A DNA stretch of 64,000 nucleotides from Candidatus Latescibacterota bacterium (GTDB lineage Bacteria > Latescibacterota > UBA2968 > UBA8231): positions 6,464,001-6,528,000 of the forward strand of contig OZ253462.1 in the NCBI GenBank assembly GCA_965261395.1. The letters are read 5' to 3'. The number at the start of each line of letters is the position of its first letter. Position 1 is the first letter of the stretch. This document shows, in pieces, positions 28,996 to 39,638 of the stretch. A program made the translations under genes and the position numbers. The notes beneath the pieces were generated by a model. It ran no database searches and was not told the origin of the DNA. It saw only the letters and a list, made by a program, of their open reading frames with translations.

Positions 28996-30471
28996 TCACC
29001 CTCGCCAGTCCTTCTCCAGCCGGCTCGCCTGTTTCTTAGACAGCCCACCCAACGCCTTCATAGCATCTAACAGCCGCATCCGCGTCAATTCTGGTCCCAA
29101 GAGCGCGGCGGATTCAAAAAGCGGCGGCCCCACCCGCTCGCCAGTCAGCGCGACAATGAGCGGTACGGTCACGTCGCGCACCGGCCACTCCCAATGCGTG
29201 GCTACTCGGCGCACGGCCTCGGCCACGTCGTCTTTGTCCCACTCCACCACCTCATCCAAGGCCCATACGGCTGTTTGCAACATTCGCGCCACCTCCGCGG
29301 CCTCCCGCTTCTTCGGGATTAAATCCTCGGCCTTTGGCTCCACCTGCCGGGCGAAGAAAAACGCCACGCGCGGCACAAAATCCCCTAGCGTCTCTAGCCG
29401 CTGCTGCATAAACGGCAGCATCTGCCCGACGTATTCGTCGTTGAGCAGCCAGTCCTTTAGCTCCGCCAACAGGGCTTCCGGCGTCCGATCTTCGCGCAAA
29501 TAGCGTCCATTGAGCCAGCCCAGCTTGTCTATATCAAAGATGGAGCCGCCCAAGTTGATCTTCGCCGGGTCGAAATGCTCTGTTAGTTGCTCCAAAGTGA
29601 ACTTTTCTTCTCCGATCGGCGGATGGGCCATGAGCGCCAAGTAGTTGAGCAGGGCCGGCGGCACGTAGCCGGCGCGGCGATAGTATTCCACTGAGGTCGG
29701 ATTCCGCCGCTTCGACATCTTGGAACCATCGGGATTGAGCAACAATGGCAGGTGCATGTACGTCGGCGGCGTCCAGCCAAAAGCCTCGTAGAGCATGAGG
29801 TGCTTGGGCGTGGAGGTGATCCACTCCTCCCCCCGAATCACGTGGCTGATCCGCATCAGGTGATCGTCCACCACTACGGCCAAGTGGTAGGTCGGAAAGC
29901 CATCGGACTTCATCAGCACTTGGTCGTCCATATTCCCCCACTGTAGGGAAATTGGTCCCCGGAGCATGTCTTCGACGACACATACTCCTTCCTGCGGCAT
30001 TTCCAGCCGAATCACGTGCACACATCCTGCCCGCATCTTGGTCTCGACCTCGCTGGCAGCCAGCGCCCGGCAATGTCCATCGTAGCCGATATGCTCCTTG
30101 CGCTCCTGCTGCTCCGCCCGCAGCGCGGCCAGCCGCTCGCTCGTGCAAAAGCAGGGATAGGCGTGCCCGCTGGCGACCAACTTCGCGGCGTATTCCGCGT
30201 AGATGGCTAAACGCTCACTCTGCCGATACGGACCGTAGGGGCCGCCCACATCGGGGCCCTCGTCCCACGCCAGCCCCAGCCACCGCAGCGACTGCATGAG
30301 TTGATCTTCGTACTTCTTTTCCGACCGCGCTTGGTCAGTGTCCTCAATGCGCAGCACAAACTGCCCTTCGTTTTGCCGCGCCCACACCCAGTCGAATAGC
30401 GCTTGGTACGCGGTCCCTACATGCATGGGGCCGGTCGGCGAAGGTGCGATGCGCACCCGCACGTCTGTCAT
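28996..30471 (-). CDS. gltX: glutamate--tRNA ligase
   Basis: RIAPSPTGPMHVG, RIEDTD, KMSKR. Confidence 0.95.
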   Translation of the reverse strand: MTDVRVRIAPSPTGPMHVGTAYQALFDWVWARQNEGQFVLRIEDTDQARSEKKYEDQLMQSLRWLGLAWDEGPDVGGPYGPYRQSERLAIYAEYAAKLVASGHAYPCFCTSERLAALRAEQQERKEHIGYDGHCRALAASEVETKMRAGCVHVIRLEMPQEGVCVVEDMLRGPISLQWGNMDDQVLMKSDGFPTYHLAVVVDDHLMRISHVIRGEEWITSTPKHLMLYEAFGWTPPTYMHLPLLLNPDGSKMSKRRNPTSVEYYRRAGYVPPALLNYLALMAHPPIGEEKFTLEQLTEHFDPAKINLGGSIFDIDKLGWLNGRYLREDRTPEALLAELKDWLLNDEYVGQMLPFMQQRLETLGDFVPRVAFFFARQVEPKAEDLIPKKREAAEVARMLQTAVWALDEVVEWDKDDVAEAVRRVATHWEWPVRDVTVPLIVALTGERVGPPLFESAALLGPELTRMRLLDAMKALGGLSKKQASRLEKDWRG

Positions 30472-30641
30472 CTTTTATCTCCTCGTCTTTTGGGTTAGAA
30501 ATTAAGCCCCAGCCGCTCCCGCGCAACGCGGCCTATTGCACATTTAGCTTTTTTGCCTAAGTTTATAACTTATAACAATTAACGCACATTCGCTGACATC
30601 TCGCGTCACGCATCCCCCCTACAACTCAATAGACAGGATTT

Positions 30642-31841
30642 ATGCAGTTTACCGAGCTTGACCTAGCCCCCTACATCCTCAGAGCACTCGACGAGATGGG
30701 CTACGAAGAAATGACGCCCATCCAAGAACAAACCATTCCCCACATTATCGCCGACAAAGACGTCATGGGCCTAGCTGAAACCGGCTCTGGCAAAACCGGT
30801 GCCTGCGCCATTCCTATAATCCAAGCCACAGACGAGTCGCTCAACGCCATCCAAGCCCTCATCTTGGTCCCCACCCGCGAACTGGCACTCCAATACGTCC
30901 AAGAGGTGGACGAAATCGCCAAGCACTCAGGCGTGGTGCCGTTTGCCATCTACGGCGGCTTTGACATGGATATCCAAAAGGCCAAGATCAACCACGGCGT
31001 CCACGTACTCGTGGCCACTCCCGGCCGCCTCATCGACTTTATATGGAACCACAGCCTCGACCTGACCCACGTCAAAACCGTGGTTCTCGACGAGGCCGAC
31101 GAGATGCTCAAGATGGGCTTTATCGAAGACGTGGACTTTATCATGGACTGCATCATGCAGGAATACCAAACCTTGCTCTTTTCCGCTACCATGCCCTCGG
31201 AGATAGAGCGGCTAACCCAACAATACCTCAAATCGCCCGAGCGCGTTCATCTCAACCGCGACCAGCGGGCACCCCAATCGCTCGCCCATCACTTCCTCCA
31301 CGTCTCCCGCCGCCGCAGTGACGCGCTCGTCGATTACATCGAGGACCAAGAGATCCAACAGGGCATCATATTCTGCAACTCGCGCGACAAAGCATCCGAC
31401 TTGTTCCGCGACCTACAAAGGCGCGTCCGCTCGGTTGACATCATCCACGGCGGGCTAGACCAAGAGCGACGCACCTCCATCTTCCGCCGTTTCCGCCAGA
31501 AGAAGATCCGCTTTATGGTCGCCACAGACGTGGCCGGGCGCGGCCTCGATTTTTCGCACGTCACCCACGTCATCAACTACGATTTCCCCTTTAACGCCGA
31601 CATCTACACCCACCGCACGGGCCGGGCCGGACGCATGGGCCGGGTGGGCAAGGCTCTGACCTTGGTCGGAGACCACGACCTCCGCGACCTCAAGCGCCTG
31701 CTCAACGCCAACCCCATCCACGCGCATTGGGAAGGCACTGCGCCCGATTTGGACGACATCCGCGCCAAACGCAATGGCCAAGGACGCGGGCGCGGGCGGA
31801 GACGACCCCGAGGCGGCAGAACCTCCTCCAAAACCAGTTAG
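30642..31841 (+). CDS. DEAD-box RNA helicase
   Basis: Q motif, AETGSGKT, PTRELA, DEAD, SAT, HRTGRAGR. Confidence 0.95.
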   Translation: MQFTELDLAPYILRALDEMGYEEMTPIQEQTIPHIIADKDVMGLAETGSGKTGACAIPIIQATDESLNAIQALILVPTRELALQYVQEVDEIAKHSGVVPFAIYGGFDMDIQKAKINHGVHVLVATPGRLIDFIWNHSLDLTHVKTVVLDEADEMLKMGFIEDVDFIMDCIMQEYQTLLFSATMPSEIERLTQQYLKSPERVHLNRDQRAPQSLAHHFLHVSRRRSDALVDYIEDQEIQQGIIFCNSRDKASDLFRDLQRRVRSVDIIHGGLDQERRTSIFRRFRQKKIRFMVATDVAGRGLDFSHVTHVINYDFPFNADIYTHRTGRAGRMGRVGKALTLVGDHDLRDLKRLLNANPIHAHWEGTAPDLDDIRAKRNGQGRGRGRRRPRGGRTSSKTS

Positions 31842-31883
31842 GCGCTCCTCGCAACTCAGCCCAGCTATCTATGGGCCGTTTAC

Positions 31884-32660
31884 TCACGGCGCATCCGATG
31901 AGCTGGCTTTTTCCAATTCGGGCAGCAGCACGTACTTGACCCAACCAAAACCTGGATTGATTTCAAGCGCTTTTTCAAAGGCTGCTCGCGCCAATTCCAA
32001 CTCACCTCGATCCTGGTAAGCGATGCCGAGCCAAGCGTAGGCTTCGCTGTGCCCCCATACTGGCTGGATGGGATCGGTGGGCTCTTCTTGGGCAAAGAGT
32101 TCGGTGGCGCGCTGGAGCCCTTGCAGACCCTTTTCTTTGCTTCCACCAAACATTTTGGGGGTATTAAAATCGCTGATGGCCGCGCTCAGTACCACGCGCG
32201 GATTGTCGGGGGCGAGTTGCTTGGCTTTTTGGCTGGCCTTTCCAACTTTGGGGCCTATGAACATGCTTTTCATAGGACTCAGGCCAATCTGTAGTCCGTA
32301 CGCGCTCGACAGCAAGGCATAAGCTTCGGCTGCTTGTGGGTCAATCTCGGTAGCCTTTTTCAAGTGCTCGACCGCGGCTTTGAGGTGCTCAGAAGCCTGA
32401 TCTTTGCTTTCTTCGCCCAATAGGCTGGCAATGCGGTAATCGGCCAAAGCGATGTAGTAGTGTCCCCACGCAGCCAAGCTAGTATCGGCCAAGGCGCGCT
32501 CGAACGTGGCTCGCGACGCATACATCGCGTCGAGATCGCTTGCATTTTCACCGGCTTGCAGCATCTGTCTTCCACTGACGATAAGACTGTCGGCCGGTTG
32601 GGCAAGGGTGGGATAGGTGATCGAGAAAATGAAAACAAGTGAGAGCAGAAAGCGTAGCAT
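31884..32660 (-). CDS. secreted TPR protein; paralog of the C-terminal domain of 34935..36623
   Basis: signal peptide; DNPRVVL...TPKMFGG.KE; TPR-like helices. Confidence 0.8.
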   Translation of the reverse strand: MLRFLLSLVFIFSITYPTLAQPADSLIVSGRQMLQAGENASDLDAMYASRATFERALADTSLAAWGHYYIALADYRIASLLGEESKDQASEHLKAAVEHLKKATEIDPQAAEAYALLSSAYGLQIGLSPMKSMFIGPKVGKASQKAKQLAPDNPRVVLSAAISDFNTPKMFGGSKEKGLQGLQRATELFAQEEPTDPIQPVWGHSEAYAWLGIAYQDRGELELARAAFEKALEINPGFGWVKYVLLPELEKASSSDAP

Positions 32661-32681
32661 AAGTGGCCCCTTTGTTTAAGG

Positions 32682-34928
32682 TCAATAGTTCAAGGAAACG
32701 GTGGTGCCAAAGTAAATGGATCGGCGAAAGAGGGTGGTGCGGGGCTGGCGCTGGGTATAGTCGATGCTGTAGTCATAGTCGAGCACATTTGCGCGATTGA
32801 GCAAGTTGTTGACCGCCAAGTAGAAGACCGCTTGGTGCCCGGAGCCAAAGAAATGCACATAGCTCAACTGTCCATCTATCTGTTGAAAGGACGGCAGCCG
32901 TTCTGAGCCAACAGGTCCTTCCACGGGCAGGTAGTAGCTTTTGTTTGCTACGGGAACGGCACCGACGATTGGCGTGATGGGGCGACCGGTAGCGTATCTC
33001 AGCGTCAGGCCGCCGCTGAGGGAGCGGACGATCTGCATTTTTGTAACCAAGGTCAGATTGTGCGTGATATCAAACGGCGAAGGGGCTTCTTCGCGGAGCA
33101 TCTCAAACCCTATGTGGCGCACCTGCAATCGGCGCGACCTCAGCAGACTATAGGCCATCCACCCGCTCAAACGCGTATTGAGAAAACCGCCGTACTTACA
33201 AAAGAGGTCAACACCAGAAGCCCGGCCTCCATCAGCATTTGTAAGGTTCAGGTCGGAATCATCTATGACGAGATTGCGGTAGGGTTTGTAGTAAGCCTCC
33301 AACCGTACTATGAATTGTCCGCGTTCGTGATGCAAGCCGCCTATCCAGTGTTGGGCGCGCTGAGGCCCTAGATTGGGGTTACCGCTGGTGGGGTTGTATT
33401 CAAATGGGGCGGGGAATTGGTGATAGATGCCCCACGCGAGGCGGGCGTTTGTGTCTTCTGAGAACTGGTATCGCGCAGACAGGCGCGGATCTAGGACAAA
33501 ACCGCCGCTCAAGCTGTGGTGGTCGGCGCGCATACCGACATTGGCGACAATGCGACGCAGGGGTCTGAAATCGACCTCAAAGTAGGCACCCGTGCGTCTG
33601 GCGCTATAGGAGGTGTCGAGTTCAAAAACCTCTGCCTCGGGGTCGAGAATATCGCCTTGAGGAATGCTGCCTACGAAGCGGTTGTCAGCGTGCTCCATTT
33701 CAGCACCGAGGCGCAATATCCCGAAAGTATCGAGGACGCGTTCCCAGTCCGTGCGAATCTTGCCGGTCAAGTCGCGGGGGGTCAGATCTAGGTTGCCCAA
33801 TTGCCGCCGGGTCGCGTGCCGGTTCAGTGAGGCACTGGTCTGGATGAACCAACCGGCCAACACATCCGTCCACTGGAGATTGTGCAAGGCTCTATCAGTG
33901 CGGCTTCGATACAGGCCGTCAAAGGAAGGCTCTGCAACCTGTACGCCAAGTTCCTCGCCAGCGTCGAAGCTGAAGAGCTTGAGGCGTCCGGTAGGCGAGT
34001 ACTGGTAGATCAGGTTGAGGTTTCCGTCGTGTCCTCGTGGAGGCGTGGTGAATGCGTCGCGGTGTCCATTGACGCGGAACAGGAGATCGGTAAAGCTCAG
34101 ATTGCCCGTGGAGCGCAGGCCGAGCTTATCCTCAATAAGGGGCAAGTCGAGGCCCACAGAGCCGGCACCCAGACCCAAACCAAGCTTATAGCTCCGTTGT
34201 ACGGGCATGTCTAGGCTCTCCATTGCCAGTACCGCAGAAAGCGCATTGCCGTAGCGCGCCGAGAATCCACCGGTGGAAAAGGTCGTACCCTGCACCATAA
34301 AGGGAGGAATCGTGCCGAATACTCCGCCAGTGGGCGATTCGTATCTGTAGGGATGCACCACCGTGGCTTGATCGAGCAAGATGACAGTCTCACTCACGTC
34401 GCCCCCTCGGACGAAAAGACCGGCACCGTCATCTACGGTGGCAACGCCGGGAAAAGTCTTGAACGCGCGAAAGATATCGGCAGAAGCCCCAGGCGTTGTG
34501 ACCACATCTAAGGGGGCAAGGGTAACGGTCTCATCCTCCCCCGTGGTATAGGTGCTAACTGTAACGACGGTTTCACCGAGCTCAATGAGGACGCGCCGCA
34601 GCACCAAACGCACCGTGGTGGTATCGCCCGCAGTTAAGTGCAGGGTCTGCCGGGTGGGTTCAAAGCCGATGAAGGAGGCGCTCAAGTCGTGTGGTCCAAG
34701 GTGCCGAGTGAAAAAGGCAAAGTGGCCGTCGCGGCTTGTTATTGCACCGTCGGTGGTCTCGACGATTTGTACGTTGACAAAGGCCATCGGTCGTTCTGTC
34801 TCATCGACGACCTGTCCCTGGATAAATGCCTGACTCTGGGCAAAGACCTGCCCGCTGTGCAGACTAGTGAACAGGGAAACGCAAAGCAGGACAATCCCGA
34901 CTTGTCGAGCGGTACATCTTTTATTCAT
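32682..34928 (-). CDS. TonB-dependent receptor with N-terminal carboxypeptidase-regulatory-like domain
   Basis: IQGQVVDE; plug motif PGV...LFVRGG; FSTGGFSARYGNALS; PRLSARY; C-terminal NNLLNR.. Confidence 0.9.
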   Translation of the reverse strand: MNKRCTARQVGIVLLCVSLFTSLHSGQVFAQSQAFIQGQVVDETERPMAFVNVQIVETTDGAITSRDGHFAFFTRHLGPHDLSASFIGFEPTRQTLHLTAGDTTTVRLVLRRVLIELGETVVTVSTYTTGEDETVTLAPLDVVTTPGASADIFRAFKTFPGVATVDDGAGLFVRGGDVSETVILLDQATVVHPYRYESPTGGVFGTIPPFMVQGTTFSTGGFSARYGNALSAVLAMESLDMPVQRSYKLGLGLGAGSVGLDLPLIEDKLGLRSTGNLSFTDLLFRVNGHRDAFTTPPRGHDGNLNLIYQYSPTGRLKLFSFDAGEELGVQVAEPSFDGLYRSRTDRALHNLQWTDVLAGWFIQTSASLNRHATRRQLGNLDLTPRDLTGKIRTDWERVLDTFGILRLGAEMEHADNRFVGSIPQGDILDPEAEVFELDTSYSARRTGAYFEVDFRPLRRIVANVGMRADHHSLSGGFVLDPRLSARYQFSEDTNARLAWGIYHQFPAPFEYNPTSGNPNLGPQRAQHWIGGLHHERGQFIVRLEAYYKPYRNLVIDDSDLNLTNADGGRASGVDLFCKYGGFLNTRLSGWMAYSLLRSRRLQVRHIGFEMLREEAPSPFDITHNLTLVTKMQIVRSLSGGLTLRYATGRPITPIVGAVPVANKSYYLPVEGPVGSERLPSFQQIDGQLSYVHFFGSGHQAVFYLAVNNLLNRANVLDYDYSIDYTQRQPRTTLFRRSIYFGTTVSLNY

Positions 34929-34934
34929 TGCGTA

Positions 34935-36623
34935 CTAACGGTCCAATCCCGGCAATAAGTGGTTTTTTACCCAGCCGTTGTTGGGATTCACTGCAAGGGC
35001 TTTGACAAAGGCTTCCCTTGCCCCCTCGATGTCTCCGGCCTCTTGACGCATGATGCCCAATTGAGCGCAGGCTTCGTCATAGCCCCAAGAGGGTCGGAAG
35101 GGATCGCGGATTTCCTCTTTGGCGAACAGTTCAAGGGCCTGCTCCATCTTAGAGATAGCCCTCTGCTTGTCTCCGCCGAATACCGCAGGAGTATAATAGT
35201 CACTCATTCCATCTATCAAGACAACGCGAGGATTGTCGCCCTCAAGTCGCTTGGATTTTTCAAGAACTCTTTTGATCTCGGGACCCAGCGCCATACCCAA
35301 ATGAGGCTTCAGGCCGAGCTTTTGACCATAGGCACTGGCTAAGAGAGCATGGGCGTCGCTGAAGTTGTCTTCCAACTCGATAGCCCCTTTGAGATGCTCT
35401 ATGGTTCGGTTGATGCTCTGGGCCTGTTCGTCGGGAGCGGACGCAAAGAGCGTGGCGAGGCGGTATTCGCACAAAGCCAGATAATACAGTGCAAATCCCT
35501 CGTGATGGCCGTCTTGGCGAGCGCGATCGAACAGTTTCTGTGCCTCATATAATTGATCGGGGTTGGAGGAATCAATTGCCTGCTGAAGAAGCTCTTTGCC
35601 CTCGACGAAAGGAGCCTCGGATTCGATGCCCTGATCATTTTTTGCGATTTTTTGGCCATAGCGCATATATCGGCTTCCCGTAGCGAATAGGTATACATCT
35701 TCAAGATCGGCGGTTTTTACGGAAAATTGATGTATGTTCAAGCTGTTAAGACGGTCTATAACCGCATTCTTAAATACCTCATCCTTGCCATATATGCACA
35801 CGCCTTGAGAATTGCCGTCGACGTGGGTTATTCCAGGACAGTCTGCCAAGGTTTCGGGATCGACTTCGGTTTCTACTTCTACTTTGAGGTTTAGCTGAAA
35901 CTTTTCGAGCAGTTGCGGCACCGAGCCAGAGGCAATGATTTGGCCCTTGTTCATCACACAGACCACATCGCTGTACTGCTGGGCTTCCGGCATATTGTGG
36001 GTGGTCATGATAATGGTAAGGCCCTGAGTGCGATAGTGATTCAGAACATCCCAGAGTTGCCGACGCAAATGCGGATCCAAGTTACTCGACGGCTCATCGA
36101 GGATTAGCAGCGCAGGTCTGCCCACTAAGGCAATAGCAATGAGCAGTCTGCGCTTTTCGCCTCCTGACAGGTCTTTGTAGGCTGTCTTCTGCTGACGTTG
36201 CAAGTCAAAAATATCCATCAACTCATCGGGATCAACAGGGTTCTGATACATTTTCGCATAAAGGCGTAGCGCCTCTCTGACCCGAATATCATTGTAGAGG
36301 GAATCTTCTTGAAATTGGATGCCGATTCTGCTGCGTATATCCTTGCGTCGTCGCAGATCGGGAATTCTTTCGCCAAATAAATTGATGTCTCCAGAGTCGG
36401 GCTTTTTTAAACCAACAATGCAATCTATAATAGACGTTTTACCCGCTCCGTTGGGTCCTACCAGACAAAAGACCTGTTGTCGATATACGGCAAAACTAAC
36501 GCCTTGGACAGCGACGAGCTTGCCATAGGTTTTGCACAGGGCATCTATCTGTAGGATAGGTGCTTGCTCTCGACGGCCACTGTCTGGGAATGAGGTGCTC
36601 GAAGTTGAAGTCATGATTTCCAT
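34935..36623 (-). CDS. ABC exporter ATP-binding protein fused to a C-terminal TPR domain
   Basis: GPNGAGKT, LSGGE, ILDEP, LEDVYL, then ~230 aa similar to the 31884 protein. Confidence 0.85.
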   Translation of the reverse strand: MEIMTSTSSTSFPDSGRREQAPILQIDALCKTYGKLVAVQGVSFAVYRQQVFCLVGPNGAGKTSIIDCIVGLKKPDSGDINLFGERIPDLRRRKDIRSRIGIQFQEDSLYNDIRVREALRLYAKMYQNPVDPDELMDIFDLQRQQKTAYKDLSGGEKRRLLIAIALVGRPALLILDEPSSNLDPHLRRQLWDVLNHYRTQGLTIIMTTHNMPEAQQYSDVVCVMNKGQIIASGSVPQLLEKFQLNLKVEVETEVDPETLADCPGITHVDGNSQGVCIYGKDEVFKNAVIDRLNSLNIHQFSVKTADLEDVYLFATGSRYMRYGQKIAKNDQGIESEAPFVEGKELLQQAIDSSNPDQLYEAQKLFDRARQDGHHEGFALYYLALCEYRLATLFASAPDEQAQSINRTIEHLKGAIELEDNFSDAHALLASAYGQKLGLKPHLGMALGPEIKRVLEKSKRLEGDNPRVVLIDGMSDYYTPAVFGGDKQRAISKMEQALELFAKEEIRDPFRPSWGYDEACAQLGIMRQEAGDIEGAREAFVKALAVNPNNGWVKNHLLPGLDR

Positions 36624-37339
36624 TCGATGCGGATTTTAAAGACCATAAGGTTGAAAACCTGATGGCACAGTATGCATGGCAAAAGACTATCGGAAGTGAG
36701 ATACATAAGACTCAAAATTACACCAAACAGGGTTTTAGAGATCACATTTGCTAAGCCATAGGCGATATGATTCATTCCAAATGCTAAGGAAGAGATAATA
36801 ATTGCGTATTGCACAGGTATATTTAAGACATCTATTGCATAGGGGATCAAGTAGCCTCTCCATAATATCTCTTCCAAGAGGGATTCGCTAAGGATGCAAC
36901 CTAATAACAAGCCGATAGGTAACTTTTGCCCTTGCCTGACAATGCGTTTGGTCTCCCCGAACATCCGGTGTCTTGCTAGCGGCTTACTTCCCATCCGTAG
37001 TTTCAACCACACCCGTGCCGCAATGATCTCTAAGTAATAAAGGACCACTCCCGTACCTATACTGACAAAAATCGCAATGCCGAGCGATAAGGGCTTCGGG
37101 GAATCGAACCACATAGGCCATGCAAAGGCTGACTTCAGAATGCAGATGGCCGGATCGCATACATTCAGAATTAGAACCAAAGCACCCATCAGAGAAGCCA
37201 ACGGCACTAAAACGTCGTAGCGTTCCAAATTTACATTCAGCGTTTTTTTAGATAGCATCCAGCTACCCATCAGGTATAGACCTGCGTGTACGACATAAAG
37301 GACGCTAGGGTACGCTAGGATAAAAACAAAACAGAACAT
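36611..37339 (-). CDS. CPBP/Abi family intramembrane metalloprotease (SagE-like)
   Basis: EEILWRG, FGMNH, HQVFN motifs. Confidence 0.85.
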   Translation of the reverse strand: MFCFVFILAYPSVLYVVHAGLYLMGSWMLSKKTLNVNLERYDVLVPLASLMGALVLILNVCDPAICILKSAFAWPMWFDSPKPLSLGIAIFVSIGTGVVLYYLEIIAARVWLKLRMGSKPLARHRMFGETKRIVRQGQKLPIGLLLGCILSESLLEEILWRGYLIPYAIDVLNIPVQYAIIISSLAFGMNHIAYGLANVISKTLFGVILSLMYLTSDSLLPCILCHQVFNLMVFKIRIEWKS

Positions 37340-37354
37340 AGTTTGCGACTGAGT

Positions 37355-38818
37355 TTAGGGGAAAGGAAAAGGTCCTGGTTTGAGCTCTTTGAATATGAGT
37401 GGCTTATCTCTTAATCCCATTTTCATGGGCACTTCGTAAATTCGTGGATGTCCCAAGTATGGATATGCACTTATGTGATGTTGGATCAATTCCGGGATGA
37501 ATACTTTGACGACCTTCATTTGAGACATCTGTCCGTGAGTGCAATCGATAACAATAGGGTCTATAGCATATCGTTGAAGAACTTCCTTGAGATATTCCAA
37601 TTGCTCATCTGAATGTTTGAATTTTACCTTTGGCAATTCCGCCAGGAACACGGTGTCATCGCTGCGAAAAAAATCTTTTAGGCACCCGGCATTTTCGGCA
37701 TGCCCGTAATAGCCGATAGTTTCCAGAAATGTAAGCATCTCGGCTAGGGGTTTGTCGGGTGAGGCACCAAATATCGCCTCAATACTTTTCAGCAATTGTC
37801 GTTGTGGTGCCAACATAGCGCATTTCAATTGTAGTTCGGATTGCCCATACTCCAGTAAGGCTTGGAAGAAGGTTTCTTCTCCATTCAACCCCGCTGCCGA
37901 TCCAGCCTGATAGGCGAATTTCTTGTAGTAAGGTACTAGCTGGGTTGCCGATATAGAAGGCAACTCGGGAAAGCCAACGTCGTGTAACCAAAAATTTACA
38001 TCACCAGAGAGAGATTTGATATGTTCTAATGCTCTGTTGACCTTCTTGGAACAGAGAGATCCATCAACTTCCACTCGGCGCAGCGGGATATCTGCATACC
38101 AAGACAGTATCAAGGCATCGCGTTCGATGATCTCTATTACTCCAGCAATGATGGCTAAGGGTTCATCTATATGAGAGGCCATACCGGAAGAGGACGAATA
38201 GCCGATTCGGGCCTCTTCCATGGATGGAATATAAAAGAAGAGCGCGAGCTGTAGAGGAATCCAGATATCTTCTTGACTAATGAGCCGACGTCCCTTGATC
38301 CAGTTAAACTCAGTGTCGTGAGTAAAGGGTTGAAAAAAGAAATTAGGGGAGGCGTATTGCTCTTCTGCAAACAGGGGCAGTGCTTCCGGCGCAATAGCAT
38401 TTTGACCGGCCTGTTGCAGGAGACTATAGGATCCAGCACAGATCTCTAAGTCTTCTTTGAAGAAAGCTAATGCCCCAGACAGCCTTTCAACACTTTCTCC
38501 TAAGCCGGACAGAAAGGAAGATGGGAGATCAAATCCCTTGCCTCCTCCGAGAACAGAAGAGTTTAGTCCCAAGTTCACTGAGGGTAGCCCTATTACTTGG
38601 CGCATGACTTGGTCGGTGTCCCAGTGGCTACTATTAGCGACGATGGTTTGGGAAACCCCAGCTCCTCCGTTGTAAACCATCGAGCGTCGAATTGGGCCGT
38701 TGGGAGAATACCACGATAGCATTTCTCTGATTGCCCTGCCTTCTCTCTCACTCATCAGGTTAGGCAAAATTTCTCGGTGAGGGTTGATGTAGGTGGAACG
38801 CAGTTTTAGAGAAGTCAT
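37355..38818 (-). CDS. YcaO cyclodehydratase (azoline-forming type)
   Basis: GKG...GESVER, SSSGMASH, EIIERDA, Pro-rich C-terminus PGPFPFP. Confidence 0.92.
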   Translation of the reverse strand: MTSLKLRSTYINPHREILPNLMSEREGRAIREMLSWYSPNGPIRRSMVYNGGAGVSQTIVANSSHWDTDQVMRQVIGLPSVNLGLNSSVLGGGKGFDLPSSFLSGLGESVERLSGALAFFKEDLEICAGSYSLLQQAGQNAIAPEALPLFAEEQYASPNFFFQPFTHDTEFNWIKGRRLISQEDIWIPLQLALFFYIPSMEEARIGYSSSSGMASHIDEPLAIIAGVIEIIERDALILSWYADIPLRRVEVDGSLCSKKVNRALEHIKSLSGDVNFWLHDVGFPELPSISATQLVPYYKKFAYQAGSAAGLNGEETFFQALLEYGQSELQLKCAMLAPQRQLLKSIEAIFGASPDKPLAEMLTFLETIGYYGHAENAGCLKDFFRSDDTVFLAELPKVKFKHSDEQLEYLKEVLQRYAIDPIVIDCTHGQMSQMKVVKVFIPELIQHHISAYPYLGHPRIYEVPMKMGLRDKPLIFKELKPGPFPFP

Positions 38819-38827
38819 AGCGAAAGT

Positions 38828-39601
38828 TTACACCTCCCACTTGAATGTTCGAGTGGAGATCAAGTACGACAGCGCGGTTATACCTGTAAGAAATAGCAAT
38901 GAATTTACATACAGAGCTATCGGATCTCCGAGCCATACACCAGAAAAGGTCGTGACGACATGAGTCAAAGGGGAGCACCAACTTAAGGTCTGTAGCCAAT
39001 CTGGAAACATTGGCCGAGGAAAGGTAGCCCCCGATATAAAAAACATAATGAGAAACAAGAATTGGCCCAGAGCGTGGATCCCTCTTGGAGACTTGGAAAG
39101 TCCGCTTAACAAGAAACCCAAAGAAAAAAAGCAAGTAATACACACCATTCCTACAAACAGGACAATTGTCCAGTGTCCACGAAAATGGAGATCGAAAACA
39201 CCCTCTGCGACCACTATTAAGATAATGGCAGAAACAACAAATATGACAACCTGCATTGCGATGTGGACACAGAGGTAGAATCCAAGCGAGAGCGGGCTGA
39301 CGACATAGCGCTTGAGGATGCCGAGCAGACGGTATTCAGCCAAGAAGTTAGTGAGGCTGGTCAAACCAGCCTGGCCGATGTATGCGGCCATGAGTGCTGG
39401 GGCGTAGAAATCGATGTAGCGCACGTCGGGGCGATCCCACATCGGAGCTTCTCCAAAGATAGAGCCGAACAGCAGGAAGACCAAGACGGGGAATACAAAT
39501 GTAAAGAAGGCGGCAGTAGGCTGACGCACGAATAATTTGCACTCGACGCCCCAGAGTGCGACAAAGCTACGAAGCCAGATAATTTTGTTTGCAAAGGGCA
39601 T
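38828..39601 (-). CDS. ABC-2 type exporter permease
   Basis: FFTFVFP, EYRLLGILKRY..SP, FISGATFP..MFPDWLQ...SPLTH. Confidence 0.9.
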   Translation of the reverse strand: MPFANKIIWLRSFVALWGVECKLFVRQPTAAFFTFVFPVLVFLLFGSIFGEAPMWDRPDVRYIDFYAPALMAAYIGQAGLTSLTNFLAEYRLLGILKRYVVSPLSLGFYLCVHIAMQVVIFVVSAIILIVVAEGVFDLHFRGHWTIVLFVGMVCITCFFSLGFLLSGLSKSPRGIHALGQFLFLIMFFISGATFPRPMFPDWLQTLSWCSPLTHVVTTFSGVWLGDPIALYVNSLLFLTGITALSYLISTRTFKWEV

Positions 39602-39638
39602 TTTATGTGACTCCTCAACTATTCCTATAGGTGGGTTT

